64,000 bases of DNA from Octopus vulgaris (GCA_951406725.2 OX597826.1:25110001-25174000), one strand, 5' to 3'; shown: positions 1 to 30,977, counted from the stretch's first letter. Translations and numbers: made by a program. The notes: generated by a model from the sequence alone, not told the origin.

Positions 1-82
1 TGCTTCCGGGGATTTTGCTGGTCCTTCCGATTCATTATAAATAATTAATTTATGATTATATATATAAATGTATAACGATGAT

Positions 83-187
<105 letters not shown>

Positions 188-211
188 TTTCTTTTTTTTC
201 TCCCCCTCCAG

Positions 212-16000
<15,789 letters not shown>

Positions 16001-17100
16001 GCAGATGCTGAGTGACCCGGAAGCCAGCCAACCACCGCCGACGGTGAGCTCTACTCACTACTTATTTGCTTCAACACCACCACAACCACCACCATCACTG
16101 TTACAACACTTTTAAATACCTTTTTAACACATTCACTGTTAGTAAATAAATATTGCAAATACACCACTGCTTAGTTAATACCTAAACACAGCGTAAATGA
16201 CAAACAATAAATAAAGAAGGAAACAGTATTATGACAAACAGAAAAATAAAATCATAAAATGGCAGAGAATATAATAGGCAGCATCTGATATGTAATATGG
16301 GCAATAATGTGTGTTCCATATACCGATTTACACATTTGAATATGCATACGTACATTATCAGACATATAAATATATAGCTAGATACGTTGCATTATTTTCA
16401 AGGAAAACACATATACATACAAAAAAAAATATCAGAGTGTAAAAAGTAATTTAATGAGCAGTGTTTATTAATTATAATAATTAATGTCACTGCTTGTTGC
16501 TTTTTCAATCCATCATTTGACAAAATAGCGATAATGTTCGGACAATTTCTTCCGACAAGAAGCAAAATGTAATGTGAAAAAACGCATGGAATCTGTTGTC
16601 TTTCTTCCACACGAATGTACCTTGTTTTTTTTTTTTCAATTCTTCTGATTATTACTTGTTTTTTTTTTTCTTCTTTGTTGTTTTTCACGTTTCTGACACT
16701 TGCTATGTTCGACCGATAAAAGAACTAAAAACACAACAACCAAAAATTGTTATTTTTTGCAACATCGAAGAAACAAAATAAAAGGAAAAAAATCAAAATA
16801 AAAAAGTAAAAATATTAAAAAACGTTAATTTAATTTTCTTTTTTTTTTTTTCGAAAAAAAAATGTCTTTTTTTTTGTTTGCGAATTAATTCACACCGCTT
16901 TTCGTTGCCAGAACAAAATGTTAAGATATTTCGAATAATTCTTTTGCAATCACCAAACCAAAGTTTAGAAAGAAAAAAAAACGCAATAAAAAAATTCCAC
17001 TTGAAAACTGTTTTTAAAAAATCGGAACAAGTTGAAGAAAATGGAATAAAAATAAAAATGAGTATTCAATAAAGAATCCCAAAAGTTAAAAACGTCTTTT
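16001..17100 (+). other. Probable paramyosin 3' UTR with several AATAAA signals
   Basis: A/T-rich unique sequence after the stop; AATAAA near 16145, 16206, 16246, 16777 and 17068. The true 3' end cannot be determined from sequence. Confidence 0.6.
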
Positions 17101-18544
17101 AAATTCCCTTCAGTATGGTATTTTCGTGATAAAATTTACACCCCGTAATTTCTTTAATATCTCAATTTGTTTAGTTAATCCTGAATTTCTGTTTAAATGC
17201 GACGAGCTTCCGCATATTTCTCCCGACTCCCAACTTCCACTTACAAAACACTCTTTTCCGCTTTTCCCTATCGTCTGCTTTTCCACCCTACCTATCGTCT
17301 GCTTCTGCTTCCCCACCCCCTTGTCTGTGTTTTGCATTGTCTGTTTTACTGTACTGTTTATAGTTAATCGAATTTTGCTTTTGTTAATCGTCCTTTTTTC
17401 ATTGCTTTTGTTTGTTTTCGTTTGCATTGGCTTCTGTGTGTATATTCATTTGCCCAGTTCAATGGACATAAGAAGTCCCTTTGCATTTTCTCTCTGGCAT
17501 GAAGAGTGATCGACTGGGGTATTTAGGCACTTACTTTAGGACTTTCCAAGCTTTTTACCGCTTCTGTTTTGCTGGGACTCGAAGGGCTCCGTTTTTTCCC
17601 TGATGATAGGAAGCGGGATTTGAACTCAGAATGAACGGAGTTGAAACAGATATCGCAAGGCATCTTGTTTGACGCTTTGATATTCCGCAAATTCGCTATC
17701 CCAGACTGGGGGATTTTTATCAATCTCGAAATGGCGAAAGGCAACATTGACTTTAGCAGGATTTGAACTCAGAACACAGAGGTCCAGAAGAGATATCGAG
17801 ACGCATTCTTTCCGACTCTCCAACGACTCGGCCAGTTCGCCAACCGAAGATCAGGAGTGCAAAATTTCGGCAAAAAGAGAAGAATACTTTTGTCGACCGT
17901 GGATAAAGAAGAAAAGGGAAATCTTAACGTTCCGGACAGGATCCCTTGGTTAGAAATAAAAAAAAATTCGAAGGAACTGGTTCAAAACGTAACAATTTAC
18001 ATCTCTCTTCCTCGTGAACCTCGAACGTATTCACACTTGTGTGCTTTAGTCGTTGATTCTCCATGCAGTGGTTTCTCCTTTGCTGAAAGAAATCAGGTCA
18101 CAAGAATAGAAAGAAAGAAATACAGAAATAAAGAGCGTCAGAGAGAAAGAGAGAGAATTAGAGAGAAGAGAGATGGTGGAAGGGATGACATCTTTTAGCA
18201 GTATTTTGTTAGAAGTTTGAGTTCGAGGGATTTTAAAAAGTCACATTAAATATTTCTGTTTTTATATTCGTTTATTTGGCCAATATATTTAAGAAAAGCA
18301 AACAACAATAAAATAAACAAGCAATACATGAATTTCGAGAAGTGGAAGACGAGATTTTGGTTCCAAAAGACTGATTTCAGGGAAAATATTATAAATGGTG
18401 CAAAGTAACATTGGAGAGGGCGTTGTCAAAATGTTTCCAAAAACAAGCGTTCATTCACAGACTGGTACAAGTGACACACTAAACAACAAACAATAGTAGT
18501 AGTGGTACATTAGTAGAATGGCTAGACACATAGAGAAAATAATA

Positions 18545-18803
18545 AAGTAATAAATGCGCCCTTTTAAAGTCTAGCCAGGCTCATAGGCCCGGTTTCCCGG
18601 TTTCTATGGCGTATATGTTCCCCAGCTGGACGGGACGCCAGTCCATCGCAGCGTTACTCATTTTTGCCAGCTGAGTGGATTGGAGCAACGTGAAATGAAG
18701 TGTTTTGCTCAAGGACACAATGCGTCGCCCGGTCCAGGAATCGAAACCACAATCTTACGATCATGGTGCTGACACCCTAACCACTAAGCCACGCGCCTCC
18801 ACA
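18545..18803 (-). mobile_element. tRNA-head SINE
   Basis: Minus strand reads ggaggcgcgtggcttagtggttagg...gtttcgattcctgg; the tail 'ggaaaccgggcctatgagcctggc' is shared with 39450-39490. Confidence 0.8.
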
Positions 18804-19412
18804 CATAGAGAAAATGCCATACGTCATTTACTTACAGCATTTTTACGTTCTGAGTTCAAATACTGCTGAGATCAACATTATCTTTCCAACTTCCGGGGTC
18901 GATAAAAAGTAAAAGCAGTGAAGTACTGGGATCAATATAGTTGGTTACATTCCTACTCCATCCCAAACTGTGGTCTTGTGTCTATATTAGAAACGAATAT
19001 CGAACGTCAGACGACATCTTAATGTGAAGTAAAAAAGGAAAAAAAAAAGCAAGAATATATTTTGTGGCACCTACTTCCCTGTATGCTGTTGAATCCACAA
19101 GAGAAGGTAAGGATGAAGAAATGTTGTAATTCAAAGAAAATATAGGTATTACAACGGATGAAACACACACATACACAATGTACACGTACATACTTACATA
19201 CATTCACACATACAGTAGTAGTGATGGCAACACTGTCACTAATCCAGTATGAATAGGTAAATTACGAATGAAAGTTACGCATCTGTAGAAATTTGACAAT
19301 GCAGGCTACATTCTCGAAACGCACGTAAGATGATTTAACTAAATATTATATAAACAAAATCTCCATACACATATATATGTATAAGTACATACATATGTAC
19401 ACACACACACAT

Positions 19413-19444
<32 letters not shown>

Positions 19445-20396
19445 GTCTATGTGCATACATACATACATACAAACCTACATACATAAATACGTGTGTATAT
19501 TTTGCTTTTCTGTATTCACTTAGTCTTAGCTTTTCTTATATCCCCAAATGCAATGTCCTGTTACACTTAACTGATATTAATGGACATCGTGTTTAGAAAT
19601 ACATCAGTTAGAACTATCACTTTATATACTTTAGATTTTTAATCTCATGTAACTTTCATAATTCAATGCTTAATTAGGATTAAGTGTCATTTGTTAATCT
19701 GTCAACACGTAACTATAACCACACATAAATACAACTTGAGAGTATGTCAATAGTCATACTTTTATTACAAGCTTATTATTGCCGAGAAAAGATTTTAAAA
19801 GATGGTATTCCGTCATTTCAGATTCGTACCCGTGTCAGAGCTTTTATATGGTTGTTTAATCAACTAGAAATAACAACCAAATCTTCTTTAAATGACACTG
19901 CCATTTTAAAGGACAAGTTTATATCAATGCTGTCATATTAGGTAATGAAATTATGGATAAACTATGTCATCGTGGCCACACCTTTGATCATTTGTCTGAC
20001 AATTAACGTTGACTTATGACTATAACAATGGCCTAGATATCAATTAATTTTTAACCAGTCGGTTCTTAAAGCTGTTGCAGAATGCAATCATATTGGAAAC
20101 TTACGTACTAGGTCTGGTGGATTTCTGGGATTTATAATTGCTTATAGCACTAGTCTTTGTGTCGAGATATAACATCTATGTCTTTGGATAATTGGATCTA
20201 CATGTAATCCTGTTAAGAGTCCTTTTTTTCCCCTGTTTTGCACCAATCTCGTCATTCATAGTTTTATGAGAGCCGTGTACTTTCCGCTATACTTTCTTTA
20301 TTTTTCAGTCCCAGTTCTACAATAGATACAAGATCCGGGAAAGCCGAAACCGTGAAAGCTTTTCTTTAAAATCTCCGTAGGAACCCATAGATAAGG

Positions 20397-20447
<51 letters not shown>

Positions 20448-21203
20448 AGTATCCCAACCCAAGCAGTATATAATGTGTGTGGTTAAAACTTCGACTGCAA
20501 TCAAAATTAGTAACTAAACAAATACAAAACAAAACAAAAGAAAAACGATGCATTTTGCGTGACTGCTTTGCACTTTTTTTTATACTATTGAAGATGAAAG
20601 CCTTCCATAATTCCCCAAAGTTCACATTCATATTTTTTTCAAAAACACTTAGAAATATATTGCTTTTACTATTTTTATCCCTTATTTTTGTGTCTCGTTA
20701 GCTTATTATCTTCACTGAGATAATCGTATTGTAGAACCTCGACGGCATCAGAAGAAATGATAAAGTAACATGAAAAAAGAAAAAAAATAGTCAACAGAAA
20801 TGCGTTAACGAAACCTTTCAGCTATTTTATTGAATAATTAATAACTGATTATTAATTCAATCTATTGTTTCATCTTTTTTTGTTTTTTCTTTTCTTTTCA
20901 GATGCCGTCTCAAAAGAGTGTCCCACTTCTTTCCTGCACATCCCACCAGATCTTCCAAGTTTTACATGTCGGTTTTCAGGGTACCACTTCACTTCTTGCC
21001 ACCAAAAAATATCATCTGCAAAAGGGACATTTATTTTTCTAACGCTCTTTTATAATTTATAAATCTGCATTTCAAAGCAAATTTTTTTATATAAGAAAAT
21101 TTTTCCCTAATTGCTGCGTGATTACCACTGCATGTGTAAAATAAAAGAAAAAAATAACAAAACAAAACAGAGACCTCTGGTAACCAATTTTTTTCTCTTT
21201 AAC

Positions 21204-21263
<60 letters not shown>

Positions 21264-21931
21264 CTTGTCAAAAAACAAGGAAGTTAGTCTGCAAGATTTT
21301 ATGTTGAAAAAAAATTTCCATCGTTTTTGCAAGTAACTACGTACCGATGGCTTAAATAAATCTCACTTGAACGGAAAGTGTTGATTTCTTATGATTGTCC
21401 ATTGTGGACAGATAGCTTTCCGATACAGTAACATATTTGTGTTCACATGCATTTTTACCCTCTGCCGTCACATCCTTCCACTTTTTTCACTTTTGTGAAA
21501 ATGAAACGCAACACACAGACACACACACATACACCATGATTTTGGTGATTATTAATTTTTTTTTTGTTTTTACTTTCTGAATTTACAATCTAGAGTGGAG
21601 TAGCGAAGCTTCAAAGAAATCTTGAAGTGAAGAAAAAAGACAACTGAGAAGAAATATCAATTTTCTTTTCGTGTTTAAATGTATTCCTTAGTTCGTCAAT
21701 TTGTTTGAAACCTACCTTAAAAGCAACAGAAAGCACGTTTACCCACAAATTTTTCTCTTTTTTTTCTGTTTCTCACTCCTTCTTTCTCTTCTTTATGTGC
21801 CATCTTGGAAAACAAAAGACTAAAAATCCCCCCAAACATCCAAAAAACAAAATGAAGCTTATTCTGTGATGTCAACTGTTTCTTCTATATTTTCATATAA
21901 GATATCATATTCTGGAGGAGAACTGGAATTC

Positions 21932-22017
<86 letters not shown>

Positions 22018-22517
22018 CTTTTTAAAATATATCTAAAAAAGACACGATTCTGTTCGTTTAAATGACATGTTTTTTGTGTCATTGCGATATAATTGTTTTT
22101 GTTTAAAGTGAATGCAAAACCGATTTCAAGAAAATGGTACACGAGTTCAAAAGTCTCTACAGCTATATAATAATCATTTTTTTCTCTCTAATTGAAGAAA
22201 AAAAGAAAAAATTCTTCAGCAGCGATTCTTCTTTTACATACATACATTTATCTATTTATTTAATTGTCTAATTAAAGCCTGTTGCTGGATTTCAACGGTA
22301 CCTGAGATCAATGACTCTTTTGGACTCATTTCAAAATTAAGGTATTTTTTTAAACAAAGGGAAAAAAGGAGGAAAAAGTCCATAAAGAAAATTATATTTT
22401 TCTTTTTCGTGATTTTTCTTCGATTTTTTTTTATTTGTAAAGAAAAAATATAAGAATACGTCATTGTAATTTATTATTATTATTTTTATTATTATTGTTA
22501 GCTGTATATTGATAATG

Positions 22518-22602
22518 TTACTGTTTGTCTTCTGTTTGCGACTGAGGTCTGGATCCTACGTAGACAAATGACAAATGGTATAACGTCATGTATAACTGCG
22601 CT
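22518..22602 (-). CDS. Candidate last exon of an unidentified minus-strand gene (AQLYMTLYHLSFVYVGSRPQSQTEDKQ* if entered in phase 2)
   Basis: Acceptor tttttattattttcatag|; a GC-richer segment followed on the minus strand by about 2 kb of UTR-like unique AT-rich sequence. Reading frame not established. Confidence 0.45.
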
Positions 22603-24185
22603 CTATGAAAATAATAAAAAAAATCTGCACTATTTCCATTCTGTGATCGATTTACTCAATCATTACATACATATATATATATGTACTGTTACATATGTAC
22701 TGTTACTCATATTCTTCGAAAAATTCTTTCTCCTTAGAGGTATCTGTTATAGAACCTTCAGGCATGATCAGGGGAGACAGCTGTGTATAGCTTAAAGAAG
22801 AGGAGAAAAAATAGCAACCGAAAACATGATAAACCATAGAAGAAAAGGATAAATCGATAGAAAGTATTTTCAAAAAGAACATCAAAATAAACAACAAAAA
22901 TACAAAAACAAAAACATCACTGATGAAGAACTTAAAATCTTGCTCTCCCTCCCCACTTCCCTCGGGAACTGTTCAGTTGCATTCATTGACTTCCAAACTC
23001 TGTATAAATAACTGGTTTTTTTTTTACGTTATCATTATTTTAAATTTTAAAAAAGAAAATTAATTTCATTTATTATTAATATTTTTGTAAATTTTAGTTG
23101 TAATTTTTTCCCTCTCTTTTTCATTTATCTATATTTTTCTTCTTGCATCTTTTATTTTAACGACTTTGTTTTTGTATCTAATCTTGAAGACTGGTTAAAA
23201 AAGGTCACACACACACACACACACACACACACAACATACAACTCATATATATATACACTCATACGATACACAGACATTGTATCGAAATAAAGCAGGAATA
23301 AATCTCTAGCTCATTTATAAACTAGAGCTATCCCACCTATTCTCTCAAAAACGAACACTTAGAACTTAGGTAACAAATATACATATTATTCTACCCCTAT
23401 GATCGGGTTATATTCTTTCAACTTGATAGCTTATCGACAGGGAACAGATCACATTGCTTGCCACTGGTCTCGACTGAGTTATATAAAAAACGAAGTAGAA
23501 TTTGCCTCGTGTAAATTAAAAAATTTGATATTCCATATTAATCCGTTACAAAAAAAAAATTACATATTTCATCTAACAATGATAATGATTGTGCATAAAA
23601 AGAAACGAAGTAACTCTGCTAAGCAAAATGGGTGTTATTGCTGGAGAAATTGTGTTGGAGGCTTAAAAATAATTTTCATACATACCATAACACTTATGGT
23701 CGTTTTTTATCTGATGTGATCAGAGTTTCTCTGATATTTTGATAATTATAAAATTAACAAAACAAAAAAAAATGTATTGCATCGAAAAATATATTTTAAA
23801 AAGGCAATGGTAATTAATACAGGAATTCATTCTTTTTAATGATTTTTTTTTCACGAGACAATATTGAAAACGGTAATCTGTATTATCGAACAGATTAAGC
23901 TAACGACGAAAGACAGATCAAAACAAAACAAAGATAATCCATGGGATTTTCAGGGATTTGTTAGCGTATGACTTTCCCGCTCTTTAGAGTATTCCAACTA
24001 CAGGGGAACCGGATAGATGCAAGCTTGCGGCCATATTGCTATCATCTCTCTTTGTGTTTTCTATGACTCAGTCTTATCTGTTTACCTGACCATCACGTAT
24101 ATCACCACGATTTTGATTCTCGGAATAGACGGTGTTATTATTATTGTTGTTGTCAATAATGATAATAATAATAAGACAAACTTAC

Positions 24186-24258
24186 ATGCTCCTTTCCGTA
24201 AAGGCTTGTCTTTTTAGTCGTTGCGAATTAACAGAAGGGAGTAATTTTTGTGGGTTTA
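24186..24258 (-). CDS. Candidate 73-nt exon of the unidentified minus-strand gene (NPQKLLPSVNSQRLKRQAFTERS)
   Basis: atctttctttag|...GAGCAT|gtaagt; open only when entered in phase 1. Confidence 0.45.
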
Positions 24259-24418
24259 CTAAAGAAAGATATCAACTACTGAACAAGTGAGGTTTTATTT
24301 TAAATATATGACCCTCTTAGAAACACCAACGGTCGGCCTTAGATTTGAAGACACTGAGAATTTCTAATCTGGTGATTTTGGCCGGTTCTTTTGGCAAGAA
24401 CCGAATCATGAAGATTGG

Positions 24419-24455
<37 letters not shown>

Positions 24456-25374
24456 CACAAATGGGTTTGCTAGCAGAGACACAAAGCATAACTTCGTTTA
24501 GCCGAGCCGTTTCGACAAATTTGATCGGTAGGGTATAAATGAAGGCCCTTTCGTTCCCAGAAGCTCTTGCATTCTAAGACCAGCTTTCTACATGCCTTAA
24601 ATGGATGCTTTGGTGAAATAAATTTTGCGTATTTTTAAAAGATAATTAAACTGAGACGAAAAGTAGGATGAGAGTCAATTTGAGCGGATTTTCTTTTAGC
24701 AATAGTAGATAACTGAGAAGTTAAAAGATGGTTGGCATTCAAGATTTATTTCTGTTCGAGTATTACTGAAAATTTCGTGGGTTAAATCTTTCCAATGATC
24801 TCAAAATTTCAAAGAAGAATGCAACAAACAGAAAGCGACAGGAAGGTCGGGGCGTTGGGAGGTTGGGATTTATCTCCCCTGACCACCGCCATTGTTCGTG
24901 CGGCTGATCATTACGCTTGACCAAGCGAACAATTAGAGTGTTATGATGCAAATAATAATGTAATATTTTATATATTTCTGGTGAAGCGAATCGTAACGAG
25001 AGAACTTCACTCGATTGAATATTACACTTAACAAATTCTGTATAAACCGGGAAAGGTTACAGAAATACAGTTAAAGTGTGACCATAGAATACTACGGTAG
25101 TTAAGAGCGGGAAGGGATCGGACCTGTTATTTAATTATATTTATTATTCGGGGTCTCTGGAGACTTTTTCAAACTATTTTTTTGCCCATATACATATATA
25201 TATTTATATTTCTTCATGTTTTAAAATCGTTTGGTGTTCGTAACATAACAAAAAATAAGTAGATAAAATTGACCCATCTTCCTTTTTTATAAAAAAAAAT
25301 ATAATCAACATTAATATATGTCAGCTCTCTCTCTCTCTATTTCTCTCTTTCTCTCTCTCTCGTTTCCGATCTAG

Positions 25375-25547
<173 letters not shown>

Positions 25548-25612
25548 CAGTTGCTGTTGTTTGTCCGTCCCTTTTGCACCTGCCCAGTAATTCTTAACAT
25601 ATCTGATTCCAA

Positions 25613-25662
25613 CTACCTCCCTCTTTCTACCATTGTGAAGTATCTCTTGTGTTGTTCCTTAA
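25613..25662 (-). CDS. Candidate alternative exon ([15 protein letters not shown])
   Basis: Very strong acceptor tttttcttttctcctcttcctctatattttcacag|; longest open frame is phase 1. Confidence 0.4.
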
Positions 25663-25760
25663 CTGTGAAAATATAGAGGAAGAGGAGAAAAGAAAAAGCC
25701 GACAGACGCGATTTTTTTTCTTCCGTTTGTGATATTCTGTAAACTTGCAATTTTTCTTTG

Positions 25761-25815
<55 letters not shown>

Positions 25816-25894
25816 CGTATGTGTGGCAAAATATGTTCCAGCTGTCTGAGTTTTCATAAGCCAATAGTTTCCTTCCTCTTTTTCTTGAATTCCT

Positions 25895-25937
<43 letters not shown>

Positions 25938-26015
25938 AACATACACACATGCCTTCTTTCTGCACACGCTGATTATTATCATTATTATAATTATTACTAC
26001 TACTACTACGACGAC

Positions 26016-26060
<45 letters not shown>

Positions 26061-26243
26061 AATTAATGCTTTTACTAATATCACTGCAACAAACAACAGC
26101 TACACCAATTACTACTACTACTACTACCGCTACTACAACTACTGCTACTTTTATAATCAGTTTATTTTTCATCATTTTATTTTTTAATTTTATTTATTTA
26201 TTTTTTTTGTAAATTTATTTGCGAATGGACAGTTGGTCTAAAG

Positions 26244-26296
26244 CTACGGCTGGTATTCCGAAATACTCTTCCTCACGCTAAACTCCACATTGTCTG
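26244..26296 (-). CDS. Candidate alternative terminal exon (DNVEFSVRKSISEYQP*)
   Basis: NAGNAG acceptor ttgtttag|cag|, a stop in phase 1, and AATAAA about 25 nt after the stop. Confidence 0.35.
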
Positions 26297-27059
26297 CTAA
26301 ACAAGTTGTAAATAACAACAACAACAACAACTACTACTACTACTACTACAAATACAACAACATTAGCAGCAATAACAAAAAACATTAATAATAATAATAT
26401 TACAACAACAATCTCAAAAATAAATAAAAGAAAAATAAATAAATTTGTCAACATTTTACAAGGCTTAACTTTATTCTTTCCAGTTTTCATTATTATTCTT
26501 ATTCTTCTTCTTCTTCTTCTTCTTCTTCTTATTATTATTATTATTATGTTAGCAAAAATGGCAGATTGACAGAATCATTAGCACATCGGAAAAAACGCCT
26601 TGCGGTATTTCTTCCGGTTCTCTGTTCTGAATTAAAATCCTGCTGAGGTTAACTTTAACCTTTTATCCCACCGAGACGATAAAACGTAGTGCCAGGCTAC
26701 GTTCTGAGGGCGATGGTATCGATTCCCACTCCACACAAAATATTAACCCTCTGCCAAAATTCAAAACCAACAAAAGTGGTGAGCTGGCAGAATTGTTAAC
26801 CTCGCCGAGCAAAAGTGGCATTTCTTCTGGCTTTTTTTCTGAGTTCAAATTCCGTCGAGTTCTTCTTTGCCTTTCACCCTTTTGGTATCGATAAAATTCC
26901 GTCGAGTTCTTCTTTGCCTTTCACCCTTTTGGTATCGATAAAATAAGTAACTATTGGACACTGGGATCGATATAATCACCAAACCATCTCCCACAAAGTT
27001 TCACGTCTAGTGCTTATAATAGAAAGGATTATTATAATTGTAACATTTTAACTCAGGTT

Positions 27060-27324
27060 TTGTTGGAACTCCTGGAATCTTGTATAAGTAGCAGGGTTGC
27101 TACCTGTAGCATACGGTTCCATGCTATTTGTTCTCTTCACCTATATAATACTTTCCTGGTGATTCTGGCCGTGCCAAGGTGGCAAACCTTTTGAAACAGC
27201 TCTACCAAACACTCTATTCCAATTTCTATTATGCTCTTCTTAATATCTACTGATACTGTTTCCAAGATCCCAACAATAATTGGCACTATCTTCACCTTTT
27301 TCATTTTCTACAATCAAGCTATCA

Positions 27325-27400
<76 letters not shown>

Positions 27401-27864
27401 TCTTATTCAAAAGCTGCTACATGCTAATTTCGTTAGCAGAGATGTTATCTCGCAGTTTGGTGATGACAATCCTTCTCAAATCTCAAGAATGTTTTTTGGG
27501 GATTCTTTCCAAAATACAGGATAGTACTTTTCTGCGAATCGGCAATAGTTCCCTCAATTCCAATGTCTTTCAGTCTCTTGTTAGTTTAGGATGTTATCTC
27601 AAGTGTACCAATTACCACAGGAATAGTTGTTGCCTTTGTCTTCCACAATCTCTGTATTTCTCTGGCTAGTTCCTGATATTTCCAATTATTCTCAATTTTT
27701 CTGATATTCGCTATATTATCATATGGCATTGCAAAATCTATGATCTTACATATTTTATCTGGTCTCCTTGCTTCATTAGTGTGATCTGTCTCTATGGAGA
27801 AATTCCCTAAAATCCTGTAATTACCATTCATCATCACAGCCTTTGGCCTTTGACTCGTGTTCAT
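27060..27864 (-). mobile_element. R4/Dong-type non-LTR retrotransposon 3' fragments (restriction-like endonuclease domain), two pieces separated by (TAT)n
   Basis: IETDH..EARRPD...IIDFAMPYD...KYQELAREIQRLW...IPVVIGTL matches the RLE C-terminal signature. Confidence 0.8.
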
Positions 27865-28035
27865 ACCTATTACTATTATTATTATGGTGGCAAGCTGGCA
27901 GAATACTTAGCGGCATTTTGTCCGTCTTTATGTTCTGAGTTCAAATTCTACCGAGGTCGACTTTGTTCTTCATACTTTCGGGGTTGATATGATAAGTACC
28001 TCGAAGTCGCTGGCCTTGTGCCACAATTTGAAACC

Positions 28036-28077
<42 letters not shown>

Positions 28078-28278
28078 GAAAGCGGCGAGCTAGCAGAATC
28101 GTTAGCACGCCGGGCGAAATGCTTAACGGTATTTCCGCCCGTCGCTACGTTCTGAGTTCAAATTTCGCCGAGGTCGACCTTTCGGGGTCGATTAATTAAG
28201 TACCAGTTACGCACTAGGGTCGATGTAATCGACTTAATCTCCTCTCCCAAGCTGCGCTTGTGACAAAAATTTGAAATC
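28078..28278 (+). mobile_element. SINE of the GCGGCGAGCTGGCAG / 'gttctgagttcaaattccgccgaggtcgac' family
   Basis: Homologous copies at 15044, 26770, 27885, 30000-30375, 41500-41870 and 60140-60730. Confidence 0.8.
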
Positions 28279-28739
28279 ATTATTATTATTATTATCCAAT
28301 ACAACCTCCTCAATGCAAGATCGTGTTTGCAATGTAAAATTGTGATGGAAGCAGGCACGTAACACAAACAAAAAAGTAAACAATAACAAAAAAACAATAA
28401 ACCTTATAAATAATGACATGCAGATATGAACAAAATAAATAACATGCATTCTTCGAGGATATCAAATTGAAATGAAAACAAAATTCATTCACTCTTGTGA
28501 ACTGAAACAAATTTTGTGGACTCGGTTTTGTAGAAATTTTATCCATTTAGTTCGTGAAACTTCTACCAAAGCTTCTAATGACTCATTGTGACTGTGAGAA
28601 GTGATTGTGATGTGAATGAGTCAAACTTTATTCTGAAGAGAAAGACATCAGTCTTATTACATGTACTTGGTAGGCTTGAAATAGCAGTAAAATTTCCCTG
28701 AAATCATCCCCAATCGTCTTATTAAAAAAATACATTCTT

Positions 28740-29115
28740 TTATTCTTTTACTTGTTTCAGTCATTTGACAGCGACCATGCTGGGGCACCGCCTTAAAGGC
28801 TTTTTTAGTCAAAGAGATCAACCCCAGGACTTATTCTTTGTAAGCCTAGTAATTATTCTATCGGGTTGCTTTGCCGAACTGCTATGTTACGGGGACGTAA
28901 ACACACCAGCATCGGTTGTCAAGCGAAGGTGGTTGGACAAAGACACAAAGACACACACATAGACAATATACGGCGGGCTTCTTTCAGTTTCCATATACCA
29001 AATCCACTTACAAGACTTTGGTCGGCCCAAGGCAATAGTATATGACACTTGCCCAAGGTGCCACGCAGTGAAACTGAACCCAGAACCATGTGGTTGAGAA
29101 GCAAACTTCTTACCG
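28740..29115 (-). mobile_element. SINE with CR1-like tail
   Basis: Reverse complement of the family at 42745-43105. Confidence 0.8.
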
Positions 29116-29290
29116 CCTTTGATCTACTTGATCAAGACCTAAGTTCAAGCTAAACGAAAACAAGAACAACGACTATGAACTCACAGCCAAACACAAACAT
29201 ACACCAAGACAAGACAAATCTAACTTGTTCCAATTTAGTTTACAATAAATAAATATATACCGTGCTTTGAAGGTAGCACTACATAATTAA

Positions 29291-29810
29291 CCCCTTGACA
29301 ACGGTTGACGCAAATATGCGATCACACTTTTGCTTGCCTACCAGCGGTTAACGTAAATATACGATGTAGAGCTACACTACATCTTTCACGGACTTTTTAG
29401 CGGCTGACGTATGTTTACGTTTGCTATCGTGTACTTTATCTCTTGAGGTGCGGGCGCTCGCCGTCCCGTGCATTATCTAAGCTATTTTAGGTTACGTTCA
29501 AGTCATGAGACTAGCAGTAGACCAATGACATGCGGATACTTTACATGCATAATACCGTGTTTTGAGTTGTACCACACGCAAGCGATTTTCTGAACTTGAG
29601 CAGAGTAACTCGTGCATATCATATGATAAATAGCTTCACATAGTTCGTTTCCATAAACCGGTAAACGTAAATGTACGACGCTGTTATTGTAATGGTGGAC
29701 GTAAATAGACGCGAGCTCGCTGGCACTTGTGTGTTTGTGTGGCCTTATTAGATAAAAAAAAAACCCAGAGCAGTGTCTCGCATGCTTCGGGTAATACCGG
29801 CGTCAAGGGG
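29291..29810. mobile_element. Non-autonomous piggyBac-type element (520 bp)
   Basis: TTAA|CCCCTTGACAACGGT ... ACCGGCGTCAAGGGG|TTAA: TTAA TSD, 13/15-bp TIR, no ORF. Confidence 0.88.
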
Positions 29811-30977
29811 TTAACGTGTGTTCCGTTAGTTTGCTCGTTGTTGAATTAAAATAATCCTTCGAGCAAAGTAAAGGTGACTGCACTCTAGTGAATTCTCTTG
29901 AAGAGATCCTTACATTACAGCAATAAACGAGTGGTGAAATCTCCTTTTAACTCTTTTCAGATGTATTGAAATAACGGTTTCAAATTTTAGCACAGGGCCA
30001 GCAGTTTTTGAGGGGAGGGGGAATTTGAGTGCATCGAGCTCAGTACTCGAATGATACTTATTTCATCGACACCGAAAAGATGGAAGGCAAAGTCAACCGC
30101 ATCGGAATTTGAACTACGAACGTAACGGCAGAAGATATACCTATTTCTTTACTACCCACAAGGGGCTAAACACAGAGAGGACAAACAAGGACAGACAAAC
30201 GGATTAAGTCGATTATATCGACCCCAGTGCGTAACTGGTACTTAATTTATCGACCCCGAAAGGATGAAAGGCAAAGTCGATCTCGGTGGAAAAAAGGATG
30301 AAAGGCATATAAAGACAGACGAAACACCGCTAAGCATTTTGTTCGGTATGCTAACGACTTTGCCAGTTCGCCGCTTTAATGTAATAAGATAATAGAGAAA
30401 CAATTCGACTATAGAAACATCCTGATATTTTGTTACAGTCTTTAATGTTCTGAGTTCAAATCCTGTCAAAGTCAATTTTAGTTTTCTGAAGTCAAATTTT
30501 GGCGTTATTCTGATGTCAAAAGAGAGAAAAAATGTACCAATCAATTATTGAAGTTGATTTAGTTTTCTAACCCCTTCTCCACAAATCCCTAATCTTGTGA
30601 CTGTGTTAGAATTAGTAGTAGACCTTATCACGGAAGCATTCTATTTTTAAGGCTCCTTATCACAGAAGCATCCTATTTTTGAAGGTCTTAAACGGAGTTC
30701 ACTCTGTTACAAACAATCGCTTAGAGGATACAGTCCACACTTCCTCCCGCCGTCCCTCCACCTCCCGCCAGTCACAGAGGCTCTGCAAAGGGTCAACGGT
30801 ACCGTTCTTTCCTCTTGGCTAAATTAACGGAAAAGAAAAATGTCGTATGTTTTTTTTTAATATATGTAAGTAGCCTACTCTGTAGTTACGCAAGACATAG
30901 GACACATGCATACAGCGCATACATACATACACACACATACATCTCTCTCTCTCTGTACACATACACACACACACACG

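Noticed and set aside
26847-26943. Exact ~46-bp direct duplication
   Set aside because: Local slippage inside a SINE copy, with no sign of function.
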